A stretch of 32,000 nucleotides of DNA from Bacillus subtilis subsp. subtilis str. 168 (GCF_000009045.1 NC_000964.3:2280001-2312000); one strand, 5' to 3'. Shown: positions 18,535 to 28,136, counted from the stretch's first letter. Made by a program: numbers and translations. The notes: a model not told the origin generated them from the letters alone.

Positions 18535-19146
18535 TTAGGCACTCATCCAGTTGGGAGGCGTGTTGCGGTCCCAGTAAATGCTCCCAAGCTCATGATGTGA
18601 TTGAAATCCATCTTCTGCTGTATGATAATGAAAATTAAACCAGTAGCCGTCATGAGGCGGGTGGTCTCTTCGCACATGGAATCTGAGAAGATCTTCTCCA
18701 GTTGTCCGATTGTAAACGTTGAAAATTTTTTCCGTTTTGCCCGCTGAAGGCATGCTTGAGATCACAACATCTTGGTACGCCTCATCATCTTGCAATGTCG
18801 CTAAATAATCACTAATCACATTTTCGATTTTTGGCAGGATCTCTTTCCGATAGTCATCCTCAATGACAGGAGCGATTCTGCTGCCGAATTTTAAAAAGGA
18901 CTGATCCTCAGCGCTGTCAAGGAGCTGTTCCTTGTACGATTGAAAAAGCAGTTCAGGATCTCGCCTGTCATCCGACTCATCATCGTACAGGTCATGCTCA
19001 TCATAAAAAGCGGTGTAATCATTCTGCTCAAGACTGCTCGGCTGTCCGGAAGGCTTGTCCGCCATAAGGGCAGCCGGAGGAGATACGAGCCCGAACGTTA
19101 CAATGGTAAATAAAACCACAAGGGTCTTTCTCATCCACAATTTCAT
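18535..19146 (-). CDS. ypjP: Secreted protein of unknown function (YpjP family)
   Basis: 203 aa. Signal peptide MKLWMRKTLVVLFTIVTFGLVSPPAALMA. The C-terminal part is rich in H, W and Y. Confidence 0.7.
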   Translation of the reverse strand: MKLWMRKTLVVLFTIVTFGLVSPPAALMADKPSGQPSSLEQNDYTAFYDEHDLYDDESDDRRDPELLFQSYKEQLLDSAEDQSFLKFGSRIAPVIEDDYRKEILPKIENVISDYLATLQDDEAYQDVVISSMPSAGKTEKIFNVYNRTTGEDLLRFHVRRDHPPHDGYWFNFHYHTAEDGFQSHHELGSIYWDRNTPPNWMSA

Positions 19147-19310
19147 GACTGCTTATTCCTCTCTATTTTATTGTCATGTTTCTCTTATTTTAGCACATCC
19201 AAAACATGCAAGTCATGTACTATATGAAACTGATATGCAAATTAGGAGATTCGTTGCTATGCACTTTGTGTAAAAACGCTTACAATATTTCATGAAAGGA
19301 GGCTTTCCGC

Positions 19311-19385
19311 ATGATTGACGCTCTGTTTGCCACAGTTTCACTCTTAACATTATTATACTTTGTCGTCATGGAGGTCACCGATTAA
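19311..19385 (+). CDS. 24-aa hydrophobic micro-protein (MIDALFATVSLLTLLYFVVMEVTD)
   Basis: AAAGGAGG lies 8 nt before the ATG. The peptide has one TM-length hydrophobic core. The stop is followed within 5 nt by an 11-bp terminator stem. It is below the ORF-track cutoff. Confidence 0.55.
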   Translation: MIDALFATVSLLTLLYFVVMEVTD

Positions 19386-19387
19386 CA

Positions 19388-19420
19388 GAAAGCCCGTGAT
19401 ATGAATCACGGGCTTGTTTG
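19388..19420. terminator. Shared convergent terminator for the micro-ORF and ypiP
   Basis: AAGCCCGTGAT-atga-ATCACGGGCTT (11 bp perfect). The ypiP stop codon lies inside the 3' arm. Confidence 0.8.
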
Positions 19421-20179
19421 AATGACGCCATAATGGAACAGTGCTGTTTTTCTTTTCATGACGTTAAAACCAAACTGTTCAAACCGCGGGCTTTTCCAGT
19501 GGTCTTTTAGCACAACGCTTTTTCTGGCGACTCGTACCGCTTCATTGATACATCCTTCGTGCAAAACGGAATCCTCTGCCAAATCACGTAAAGGCGCGAT
19601 GCCGTCAGAGGTTTCTACAGGTTCATGAAACATTGGATCGAAATAAACCACATCAACAGAGTTGTCAGGGAGCTGCTTGATGTGTTCAAAGCAATCACCA
19701 TTCTTCACCTGGATTCTTCTCATCGCAGCTTGAAGCTCTTCTATACCCGTTTCCCATGAATGCAGCCCCGTCCTCACTAAAACAGACACAAGATGGTTTT
19801 TTTCAATCCCAACAACAGAACCCGTTTCGCCTACTGCCATACTTGCGATAATGGCATCTGACCCCAACCCGAGTGTGCAATCTAAAAACGTATCCCCTTC
19901 AGATAAGCCGGCAGCCCGAAGCATAGGTTCTTTCTCCCCCTGTAAGAAGCGTTTGGCTCTGAACATCGCTGTATTCGGATGAAAAAAGAATTTGGCACCT
20001 TGTTTCGTATACAGCTCAAACCGCTCTTTGCCGACCACAAGCAAATCACGTTCAGCTGATTTCAGCAGGTGCTCAACCGTTTGTTTATTCCGGCCGCAGT
20101 ATGGCATATTTAGCTCTTTAGAAAGCTGCTTTGCAGTTTTTATGGTGTGTTCAGACGGTCTATAGCTTGTTGTTATCAT
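19406..20179 (-). CDS. ypiP: SAM-dependent methyltransferase (RsmJ/DUF548-like)
   Basis: Motif I FLDCTLGLGSDA. 257 aa from MITTSYRP, with GGGAG 8 nt upstream. Confidence 0.75.
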   Translation of the reverse strand: MITTSYRPSEHTIKTAKQLSKELNMPYCGRNKQTVEHLLKSAERDLLVVGKERFELYTKQGAKFFFHPNTAMFRAKRFLQGEKEPMLRAAGLSEGDTFLDCTLGLGSDAIIASMAVGETGSVVGIEKNHLVSVLVRTGLHSWETGIEELQAAMRRIQVKNGDCFEHIKQLPDNSVDVVYFDPMFHEPVETSDGIAPLRDLAEDSVLHEGCINEAVRVARKSVVLKDHWKSPRFEQFGFNVMKRKTALFHYGVIQTSP

Positions 20180-20192
20180 CTTCTGTACTCCC

Positions 20193-20221
20193 AAAAAGAA
20201 AATGCCCGGAGAACGGGCATT
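20193..20221 (-). terminator. Terminator after brxA/yphP
   Basis: On the minus strand, AAATGCCCG-ttctc-CGGGCATTT is followed by TCTTTTT. The next gene's GGGAG follows directly. Confidence 0.8.
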
Positions 20222-20655
20222 TAGCAGTGCGCATCGAAGGCAGCAGTCAGATTTTTCATGATTTCTTCCATATCGTGTCCTTCAATTTCATGACGCGGAA
20301 TAAAATGTACGACTTCTTTGCCTTTCAAAAGAGCCATTGATGGTGAAGAAGGCTCCTGGCCAGTAAAATACTCACGCATTTTCGCAGTAGCTTCTTTATC
20401 TTGGCCCGCAAATACAGTCACCGTATTGTCAGGTGTTTTGTCATTCTGGAGGACTGCCTGTGTAGCCGCAGGACGCGCAAGGCCTGCCGCGCAGCCGCAT
20501 ACAGAGTTAACGACTACAAGAGTTGTGCCCTCTGCCTTTTCCATAAAGTTTTCTACTTCTTCCGCTGTTGTTAACTCTTCAAAACCTGCTCCAGTCAGCT
20601 CGCGGCGCATCGGTACGACAAGCTGGCGCATGTATTCTTCATAAGCCATTGACAT
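20221..20655 (-). CDS. brxA: Bacilliredoxin (DUF1094 thiol-disulfide oxidoreductase, CGC motif)
   Basis: 144 aa with VNSVCGCAAG. The gene was formerly named yphP. Confidence 0.85.
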   Translation of the reverse strand: MSMAYEEYMRQLVVPMRRELTGAGFEELTTAEEVENFMEKAEGTTLVVVNSVCGCAAGLARPAATQAVLQNDKTPDNTVTVFAGQDKEATAKMREYFTGQEPSSPSMALLKGKEVVHFIPRHEIEGHDMEEIMKNLTAAFDAHC

Positions 20656-20712
20656 AAAAAAAGCCCCCTCTAGTATCCTTCATCTGAAGTAAAGGATACT
20701 ATAGAGAGGGCC
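20656..20712 (-). terminator. Long interrupted terminator hairpin after ilvD
   Basis: On the minus strand, GCCCTCTCTATAGTATCCTT-loop-AAGGATACTAGAGGGGGC is followed by T7 and then directly by the brxA ATG. Confidence 0.75.
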
Positions 20713-20761
20713 GGATTTCAAATGTTCACGCCTTAAAATAAAAGAAAGTGTCCCCAGCTAT

Positions 20762-22438
20762 CTAGATTTTCATAATACCGCCGGTGTTGGCACTTGTCAC
20801 AAGTTTAGAATAACGTGCCAGGTAGCCGGTTTTCACTTTCGGTTCAAAACCTTTCCAGTTCGCTTTTCGTTTTTCCCACTCTTCTTCTGGCACTTGTACA
20901 TCCAAGATGCGTTTTTCAATATCAACGATAATATGGTCTCCGTTTTCAACAAAGGCAAGCGGCCCGCCCTCAGCGGCCTCAGGTGATACGTGGCCGATTG
21001 AGAGGCCACGGGAGGCTCCGGAAAAACGTCCGTCCGTAATCAATGCCACTTTTGGCCCGAGTCCCATTCCAACGATTTGGGATGTTGGCGCCAGCATTTC
21101 CGGCATGCCAGGTCCGCCTTTTGGCCCTTCGTATCTGATGATGACAACGTCGCCTTCTTTTACTTTTCGGTTGATAATGCCGTCAAGCGCCTCGTCCTGA
21201 GAATCGAATACGACAGCCGGCCCTTCGTGTCTTGTAATCCCATTCTGTACGCCGCCTGTTTTAATGATAGCGCCGTCCGGAGCTAGATTACCGAATAAAA
21301 CAGCAAGGCCTCCCTTTTCAGTGAATGGTTGATCCAGCGGGTGAATGACGTCATAATCCTTTACTTCATGTCCGGCAATGGTTTCTCCAAGAGTTTTTCC
21401 TGTAACAGTCAGCGCATCTAAATGAAGCGCTCCTTCTTTCTTCGAAAGCTCATTCAGAGCCGCTGAAACGCCGCCCGCTTCGTGAAGATCTTCAATAAAC
21501 ACATCCGATGCAGGCGCCAGCTTAGCCAAGTGCGGCACGCGCTCAGCGACTTCGTTAATGCGTTCTAAAGAGTATTCAACGCCGGCTTCGTTTGCAAGGG
21601 CAAGGGTATGAAGAACGGTATTTGTAGAACCTCCGAGCGCCATATCGAGTGCAAACGCGTTATCAATCGCTTTTACTGTAACAATATCACGCGGTTTGAT
21701 ATCTTTGCGAATCGTTTCCATTAATTGCGCAGCCGATTTTCTCACAAACTCTTTGCGTTCCGGAGATGTTGCCAGAATGGTTCCATTACCCGGCAAAGCA
21801 AGACCAAGTGCTTCTGACAGACAGTTCATTGAGTTCGCCGTAAACATGCCTGAGCAAGACCCGCACGTTGGGCATCCGAACTGCTCTAGTTCTTGAAGCT
21901 CGTTTTCGTTGATTTTCCCTGCTTGGTAGGCGCCTACCCCTTCGAATACTGAGGAAAGGGAGATTTTTCGCCCGTCACTTGTTCTTCCTGCCGCCATCGG
22001 TCCGCCGCTGACAAAAATCGTCGGAATGTTGATGCGCATTGCCGCCATAAGCATTCCCGGTGTGATTTTGTCGCAGTTCGGAATACAGACCATTCCGTCA
22101 AACCAGTGTGCGGATACAACCGTTTCCACAGAGTCTGCGATAATTTCACGGCTTGGCAGCGAATATCTCATACCGATATGCCCCATTGCGATGCCATCAT
22201 CTACCCCAATGGTATTAAATTCAAACGGAACGCCCCCTGCTTCTCTGATTGCTTCTTTTACGATTTTCCCAAACTCCTGCAAGTGAACATGACCGGGAAC
22301 GATATCAATGTATGAATTACACACCGCAATAAACGGCTTGCCGAAATCCTCTTCTTTTACCCCTGCTGCACGAAGCAAACTGCGGTGCGGAGCTCTATCG
22401 ATTCCTTGTGTGATCATATTACTGCGTAATTCTGCCAT
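20762..22438 (-). CDS. ilvD: Dihydroxy-acid dehydratase
   Basis: 558 aa from [12 protein letters not shown] after AGGAGGATCACC. IlvD/Edd signatures CDKITPGM and [12 protein letters not shown] are present. Confidence 0.92.
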
Positions 22439-22487
22439 GGTGATCCTCCTAAATTCTTTCAATTGTTTGATTGGATTTTATTTTGAC

Positions 22488-22502
22488 AATTTTCAGTTTA
22501 TT
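22488..22502. promoter_or_regulatory. CodY-box-like motif in the ilvD upstream region
   Basis: AATTTTCAGTTTATT matches AATTTTCWGAAAATT at 12/15 positions, about 50 nt upstream of the ilvD start. I recall ilvD as a CodY target. Confidence 0.4.
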
Positions 22503-22693
22503 TATGGGCTGTTTTTGCAAATAAGATAAATACAGGCCGCCCTCACCTTGTTTTGTTCTTTCGTGTTTTTATATTTATATAGCTTTCTTTCGATTTGAAC
22601 CCTCCAACTATTAATATTGTTACTTACTATAAATAGTTTTCGGATATTTTTCAACAATATTCGAAATAATTTTTATAAAAAGTGAATTCACAT

Positions 22694-22722
22694 AAAAAAG
22701 GTGCATGATCTGCACCTTTTTT
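22694..22722. terminator. Terminator after ypgR
   Basis: AAAAAAGGTGCA-tgatc-TGCACCTTTTTT. Confidence 0.85.
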
Positions 22723-22726
22723 ATCT

Positions 22727-23860
22727 TTATTCGCCTTTTTTTCTGCTTTCCGTCATTTGTTTCCAAACAGAACCTTTTGCTTCTTCTCCATGCTCAATAC
22801 GTTCAAGCGCCATTTTGACTTGAAGGCTGACCTCAAATTCGGGGTCATCTTCGGCAGCGCGCAAAGCTTCAATTGCACTTTCATCGCCGACTTCGTACAG
22901 GAACATGGCGGCACGCCAGCGAACAAGCTTGCTGGAGTCGCTTAATGACTTGATCATAGCAGGAATGGCTTGAGGATCGCCGATATCAGACAGGCAGTCT
23001 CCGGCCGTTCTTCTGACTGATACAGCTTTGTCCTCAAGTGCTTTATACAATAGAGGAAGAACATCAGGTGTTTCAATCATTCCTAAGTACACAACAGCCT
23101 GTCTTCTGATGGACACCTTTGGATCATCCAATGCCTTCTGTAAAACCGGGATATCCTCTTCTTTCGGATCCATCTGTTCCAAGTGTGCATAACGCTTTTT
23201 CCAGTCCTCATCATCCAGCATATCAAGCGTTACTTTATACGCTTTGCGCTGTACAGCTTGTTTTGCTTCGCCCTTTCCTTGAGCGGCTGCTTCAGTCAGT
23301 CGTTTCAGCCGTTCATCACTGTATGCCGCTTGAAGCTCTTCTGTCACATCATGGCCGATTTCATCAAAGTCACCGAATCTGACACCTTGTTCTTTCCAAG
23401 CCCGCTCAAACACAACATTGGAAGCTTCAGATCTAAGTTTTAAGATCGCCTGCTGAAAGCGTTCAGGTAAGCCGAAGCGTTCTTCCCGCTCTCCATCGGT
23501 TAATTTAACTTGCATAGGAATGCCGCTGAACATCTGCACAAAAACTTTTACCTCTCCAAAAGATTCTTGATCAGAACGATTTTCTTCTGCGCTTTCAGCA
23601 CTTTCCATCCCAAATGCAGTGCGGACTTGCGGTAAAATGTCTTTCCAGTCGTATCTTGCATTCCGTTCAACAGCAAGAAAATCTGCGACGTGATATACCC
23701 CTTTAACTCCATCTATTTTAAGGATTTCCGCTATAACAAGCGGTGCGCCTTCTGCTTGCTCAGGTTTATAGTTATTGCTTTTGCCCGCCGGAAGCTCTTC
23801 CGTTAAGATGACTTTCATTGTATTCGGGCTTGGTGTAGGTTCAATTGATTTTATCTTCAT
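22727..23860 (-). CDS. ypgR: HEAT-repeat protein with an N-terminal Nfu-N-like scaffold domain
   Basis: 377 aa. The C-terminal half has 3-4 repeats of the pattern D..VR..A...L..IGD..A...L. Naming of the N-terminal domain is from recall. Confidence 0.75.
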   Translation of the reverse strand: MKIKSIEPTPSPNTMKVILTEELPAGKSNNYKPEQAEGAPLVIAEILKIDGVKGVYHVADFLAVERNARYDWKDILPQVRTAFGMESAESAEENRSDQESFGEVKVFVQMFSGIPMQVKLTDGEREERFGLPERFQQAILKLRSEASNVVFERAWKEQGVRFGDFDEIGHDVTEELQAAYSDERLKRLTEAAAQGKGEAKQAVQRKAYKVTLDMLDDEDWKKRYAHLEQMDPKEEDIPVLQKALDDPKVSIRRQAVVYLGMIETPDVLPLLYKALEDKAVSVRRTAGDCLSDIGDPQAIPAMIKSLSDSSKLVRWRAAMFLYEVGDESAIEALRAAEDDPEFEVSLQVKMALERIEHGEEAKGSVWKQMTESRKKGE

Positions 23861-23919
23861 GATCGTCCTCCTATAGCATATCTGTGACTTATTCTATCAT
23901 AGTCGCTCCAAGCCTTCTA

Positions 23920-24537
23920 TTACGACGTTTCGGCATCAATCCCGGGTATGTCTTTTTCTAATTGGCGGACAAATTGAAGCATAAAATTGTGTCTTTCTTC
24001 TGCCAGTTCCCGTGCAGTGTCTGTATTCATCATATCTTTCAGCCGCAGCAGCTTATGAAAAAAATGAGCGTAGGCGCTTTGCTCATCTCCATAAAGGCCA
24101 TGCCCTTTTGCGCCCGCAAACATGAAAGCTCTCGCAATGCCGACAGCACCAATCGCATCAAGTCTGTCAGCATCCTGTACAGCTTTTCCTTCAATTGAGA
24201 GCGGCTCCTTCGCCAATTTCCCCCTGTCCCGAAAGGACATCCTTGTTATAATATGAATCACCCTGTCAGCATTCTCTTTTCCTACTCCGAAAAAAACGAG
24301 CTGATCATATACTTCGCTCACAGAAAGCCTGACCGTGTCAGGCAGCTTCACATCAATTAAATCATGAACCAAAGCCGCCGTTTCAACAATGAACAAATCC
24401 GCTTTTTCCTTTTCTCCAATATACGCTGCAAGATCTGCTACTCTTGATACATGATGCCAGTCATGTCCAGAGCTTTCGTCAGTCAGGATAGATTGAACCC
24501 ATGTCCTGATTTGCTCTGCCTGCTTCAATTCCTTCAC
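23920..24537 (-). CDS. ypgQ: HD-domain metal-dependent phosphohydrolase
   Basis: 205 aa with the H...HD...D pattern (HDWHHVSRV, ALVHDLID, DADRLDAIG). Confidence 0.85.
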   Translation of the reverse strand: MKELKQAEQIRTWVQSILTDESSGHDWHHVSRVADLAAYIGEKEKADLFIVETAALVHDLIDVKLPDTVRLSVSEVYDQLVFFGVGKENADRVIHIITRMSFRDRGKLAKEPLSIEGKAVQDADRLDAIGAVGIARAFMFAGAKGHGLYGDEQSAYAHFFHKLLRLKDMMNTDTARELAEERHNFMLQFVRQLEKDIPGIDAETS

Positions 24538-24552
24538 AAAAACACCCTCTTT

Positions 24553-25035
24553 TTATTGCTCTAATAGCTTCACGATATCGTCTTCCAACTCTTTCGGATT
24601 TGTATTTGGTGAATAACGGCCAACGATTTCTCCATTTCTATCCACTATAAATTTCGTGAAATTCCACTTGATCGCCTTAGTTCCCAGCATCCCTTTCGCA
24701 TGTTCTGTCAAATACACAAACAGCGGGTGGGCGTTTTTCCCGTTTACATCCACTTTTGAAAACATAGGAAATGTAACACCGTAATTTGTTTCACAAAATT
24801 CCTGTATGTCAGCCTCTTCACCAGGCTCTTGGTTCATGAATTGATTGCAGGGGAACCCTAAGATCTCCAGCCCCTCCTGCTGATATGTATCATATAATTC
24901 CTGCAGCTGCTTCAATTGGGAAGTAAAACCGCACTTACTTGCTGTATTCACGATCATCAGTACCTTTCCCGCGAAAGGCTGAAGTGTCATGTCTTTCCCT
25001 GTGATTGTACGTACCTTCATATGATAAATAGACAT
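24553..25035 (-). CDS. bsaA: Glutathione-peroxidase-family (Cys-type) peroxidase
   Basis: 160 aa from MSIYHMK after TAGGAGGGAC. Motifs NTASKCGFT, FPCNQF and WNFTKF. Confidence 0.88.
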   Translation of the reverse strand: MSIYHMKVRTITGKDMTLQPFAGKVLMIVNTASKCGFTSQLKQLQELYDTYQQEGLEILGFPCNQFMNQEPGEEADIQEFCETNYGVTFPMFSKVDVNGKNAHPLFVYLTEHAKGMLGTKAIKWNFTKFIVDRNGEIVGRYSPNTNPKELEDDIVKLLEQ

Positions 25036-25311
25036 GTAAGTCCCTCCTATGTCCTTGGTGCTGATTATTTTACCTTTTTTAAATCGCAATTCAAAATGTA
25101 AACATCAATTAAGAACTCATAAGAAACCTAACGATATGAGCGTCAGTTCATTATCAATTCATATGGCTCGTTTTTTATCTTATCATTCTATAAAACATTA
25201 CAATTCCCTCTTACATCTTTGAAAATCATTTTACTGTGAAACCAAAAGGCGTGTCAGTGCGTTTTATTTAAAGAGTTTTCTGTTGTTTCCCCCTCAACAC
25301 GTATAGATAGA

Positions 25312-25340
25312 TTGAAAATTGGCGTGAAAATTCCTATAAT
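25312..25340 (+). promoter_or_regulatory. Consensus sigmaA promoter of metA
   Basis: TTGAAA-17 nt-TATAAT, ending 38 nt before the TTG start. Confidence 0.6.
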
Positions 25341-25377
25341 GAAGAAAATTAAACGGGGAAATAATGGAGGTGGCACG

Positions 25378-26283
25378 TTGCCTATTAATATACCAACACA
25401 CCTGCCGGCAAAACAGGTGCTTGAAAGTGAACATATATTTGTAATGGATGAAAGCAGAGCATTTCATCAGGATATCCGGCCGCAAAAAATTATTATATTA
25501 AATTTGATGCCGAAAAAAATCCAAACAGAGACTCAGCTTCTCAGATTGCTTGGAAATTCGCCTTTACAGGTTCATTTCACATTTTTAATCCCAAGCACAC
25601 ACACGCCGAAAAATACTGCGAGAGAACACCTTGACGAATTTTACACGACTTTTTCCAATATCCGTCACAAGAGGTTTGACGGCATGATTATCACCGGTGC
25701 GCCGATCGAGCATTTGGCGTTTGAAGAGGTTTCATATTGGGAAGAGCTCAAGGAAATCATGGAGTGGAGCAAAACAAATGTCACTTCAACCTTGCATATT
25801 TGCTGGGGTGCTCAAGCAGGTTTGTATTACCATTACGGTGTGGAAAAAATTCAAATGCCGAAAAAAATCTTCGGTGTGTTCGAACATACCGTTCTTTCAA
25901 AACACGAAAGATTGGTAAGAGGTTTTGACGAGCTATACTACGTGCCGCATTCCCGGCATACAGATATAAATATGGAACAGCTTCAAGCAGTGCCCGAGTT
26001 AAACATTCTTACCGCATCAAAGGAAGCCGGGGTTTGCTTAATTGTGTCTAAAGACGAAAAACAAGTCTTTTTGACAGGGCACCCTGAATATGATACAAAT
26101 ACGCTTCTTCAAGAGTATGAAAGAGATTTGGAACGAAACCTTTCTACTGTCGAGGCCCCTAAACATTATTTTGCAAAAGGCAGCAACGAGCCAGTGAATC
26201 GCTGGAAAGCGCATGCCACATTATTGTTTATGAATTGGCTGAATTATTACGTTTACCAAGAAACTCCTTATGAATGGGACTAA
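25378..26283 (+). CDS. metA: Homoserine O-acyltransferase (MetA family)
   Basis: 301 aa from the TTG start ([15 protein letters not shown]), preceded by AATGGAGGTG. The ORF-track start at 25312 lies on the promoter. Confidence 0.9.
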   Translation: MPINIPTHLPAKQVLESEHIFVMDESRAFHQDIRPQKIIILNLMPKKIQTETQLLRLLGNSPLQVHFTFLIPSTHTPKNTAREHLDEFYTTFSNIRHKRFDGMIITGAPIEHLAFEEVSYWEELKEIMEWSKTNVTSTLHICWGAQAGLYYHYGVEKIQMPKKIFGVFEHTVLSKHERLVRGFDELYYVPHSRHTDINMEQLQAVPELNILTASKEAGVCLIVSKDEKQVFLTGHPEYDTNTLLQEYERDLERNLSTVEAPKHYFAKGSNEPVNRWKAHATLLFMNWLNYYVYQETPYEWD

Positions 26284-26513
26284 TTTTTCTTTTTTTAGTG
26301 ATACGCTGAGCAAAAAATATGATAAAATACATCTGATTCAGTCTGCGTATAACAAAAATTTAAAATACTGGAATCCAAATCATTTAAAATTAGCTTAACT
26401 TTTTCACTGCATTAATAATTCGATTATGTATTTGTGTTATGTTTATGTATAGACAATAACTCCTTACGATGCATGAAGCTTGCTTGTTGTTGATTACATT
26501 GAGGTGAATTTAC

Positions 26514-27662
26514 TTGAATACCAATAAAAGAGTATTAATTTTGACTGCAAATTACGGAAATGGACATGTGCAGGTAGCCAAAACACTTTATGAACAATGT
26601 GTACGGCTCGGCTTTCAGCATGTAACAGTTTCTAATTTGTACCAAGAGTCAAATCCGATTGTTTCAGAGGTAACTCAATACCTTTATTTAAAAAGCTTCT
26701 CAATCGGGAAACAGTTTTATCGTTTGTTTTATTACGGAGTTGACAAAATCTATAATAAACGTAAATTCAATATTTACTTTAAAATGGGTAATAAAAGATT
26801 GGGCGAACTTGTCGATGAACATCAGCCCGATATTATTATTAATACATTTCCGATGATCGTCGTGCCGGAATACAGACGCCGAACTGGAAGAGTCATTCCT
26901 ACCTTCAACGTTATGACTGATTTTTGTCTTCATAAAATTTGGGTTCACGAAAACGTGGATAAATATTATGTGGCGACAGATTACGTGAAGGAAAAACTGC
27001 TGGAGATCGGCACTCATCCAAGCAATGTAAAAATCACAGGAATTCCAATCAGGCCGCAATTTGAAGAATCCATGCCTGTTGGCCCGATATATAAAAAGTA
27101 CAATCTTTCACCAAACAAAAAAGTGCTTCTGATCATGGCAGGTGCTCACGGTGTATTAAAGAACGTAAAAGAGCTGTGCGAAAACCTTGTCAAGGATGAC
27201 CAAGTGCAAGTAGTTGTCGTGTGCGGGAAAAATACGGCTTTAAAAGAATCTTTGAGTGCGCTTGAAGCGGAAAATGGTGACAAATTAAAAGTTCTGGGCT
27301 ATGTGGAGCGCATTGATGAGCTATTTCGGATCACAGATTGCATGATTACCAAGCCCGGCGGCATTACTTTGACAGAAGCCACAGCCATTGGAGTGCCTGT
27401 CATTCTGTACAAACCCGTGCCTGGCCAGGAAAAAGAAAATGCAAACTTCTTTGAAGACCGCGGAGCTGCCATCGTTGTGAACCGTCATGAAGAGATTCTC
27501 GAGTCAGTCACTTCCCTTCTTGCAGATGAAGATACCTTGCATCGCATGAAGAAAAACATTAAGGACCTTCATTTAGCAAACTCCTCTGAAGTGATTTTAG
27601 AGGATATCCTGAAGGAATCAGAAATGATGACCGCCAAACAAAAAGCCAAAGTGCTATCGTAA
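26514..27662 (+). CDS. ugtP: Processive UDP-glucose:diacylglycerol glucosyltransferase (GT28)
   Basis: 382 aa. TTG start after GAGGTGA. N-terminal LILTANYGNGH and C-terminal ITKPGGITLTEA motifs. Confidence 0.9.
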   Translation: MNTNKRVLILTANYGNGHVQVAKTLYEQCVRLGFQHVTVSNLYQESNPIVSEVTQYLYLKSFSIGKQFYRLFYYGVDKIYNKRKFNIYFKMGNKRLGELVDEHQPDIIINTFPMIVVPEYRRRTGRVIPTFNVMTDFCLHKIWVHENVDKYYVATDYVKEKLLEIGTHPSNVKITGIPIRPQFEESMPVGPIYKKYNLSPNKKVLLIMAGAHGVLKNVKELCENLVKDDQVQVVVVCGKNTALKESLSALEAENGDKLKVLGYVERIDELFRITDCMITKPGGITLTEATAIGVPVILYKPVPGQEKENANFFEDRGAAIVVNRHEEILESVTSLLADEDTLHRMKKNIKDLHLANSSEVILEDILKESEMMTAKQKAKVLS

Positions 27663-27672
27663 TGGCGTACTT

Positions 27673-27706
27673 GAGAGCATACGAAAATCGTGTGCTCTTT
27701 TTATTT
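27673..27706 (+). terminator. Terminator after ugtP
   Basis: An 11-bp stem GAGAGCATACG/CGTGTGCTCTT (with G.U pairs) and a 5-nt loop, followed by TTTATTT. Confidence 0.75.
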
Positions 27707-27784
27707 ATATTCAGCCATCAATAAAAGCGGTTACATTTTTTTATGGAACTTGCCCTTCTTTTGAAAAATAAGCCGTTTCGCAAC

Positions 27785-27813
27785 TTGACGGGTGCTCCCA
27801 GATGGTGTATAGT
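27785..27813 (+). promoter_or_regulatory. Candidate sigmaA promoter of cspD
   Basis: TTGACG-17 nt-TATAGT. This gives a 5' UTR of about 85 nt, which is typical of csp genes. Confidence 0.55.
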
Positions 27814-27904
27814 TGAACCATCATTTAACAATGAATCAAAGTTAGATGATGACAAAATTTTTTTTAGCACATGGGTGCTACAGTACTAGGAGGAATTAAG
27901 CAAT

Positions 27905-28105
27905 ATGCAAAACGGTAAAGTAAAATGGTTCAACAACGAAAAAGGATTCGGCTTCATTGAAGTTGAAGGCGGAGACGATGTATTTGTTCACTTCACAGCT
28001 ATCGAAGGAGATGGATACAAATCATTAGAAGAAGGACAAGAAGTTTCTTTTGAAATTGTCGAAGGTAATCGTGGACCTCAAGCTTCTAATGTTGTAAAAC
28101 TCTAA
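27905..28105 (+). CDS. cspD: Cold-shock protein
   Basis: 66 aa with RNP1 KGFGFI and RNP2 VFVHF. RBS AGGAGG precedes the start. Confidence 0.95.
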   Translation: MQNGKVKWFNNEKGFGFIEVEGGDDVFVHFTAIEGDGYKSLEEGQEVSFEIVEGNRGPQASNVVKL

Positions 28106-28136
28106 ACTCAATACATGATGATGAGATGACAAATAG

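Noticed and set aside
20318-20644. 108-aa ORF antisense to brxA/yphP
   Set aside because: It is a shadow ORF within a conserved CDS, with no SD and an Ala/Ser/Arg-rich nonsense-like sequence.
25371-25392. TGGCAC...TTGC, resembling a sigma-54 (-24/-12) promoter next to metA
   Set aside because: The spacing between TGGCAC and TTGC is 1 nt instead of about 5. The sequence is simply the metA SD/start region (GGAGGTGGCACGTTG).
26284-26513. Possible small RNA or ECF-sigma promoter in the 230-nt metA-ugtP spacer (extended -10 TGATAAAAT near 26318-26329)
   Set aside because: I could not find a matching -35, an AAC...CGT ECF-type pair, or a terminator delimiting a short transcript. The evidence is insufficient to call anything.
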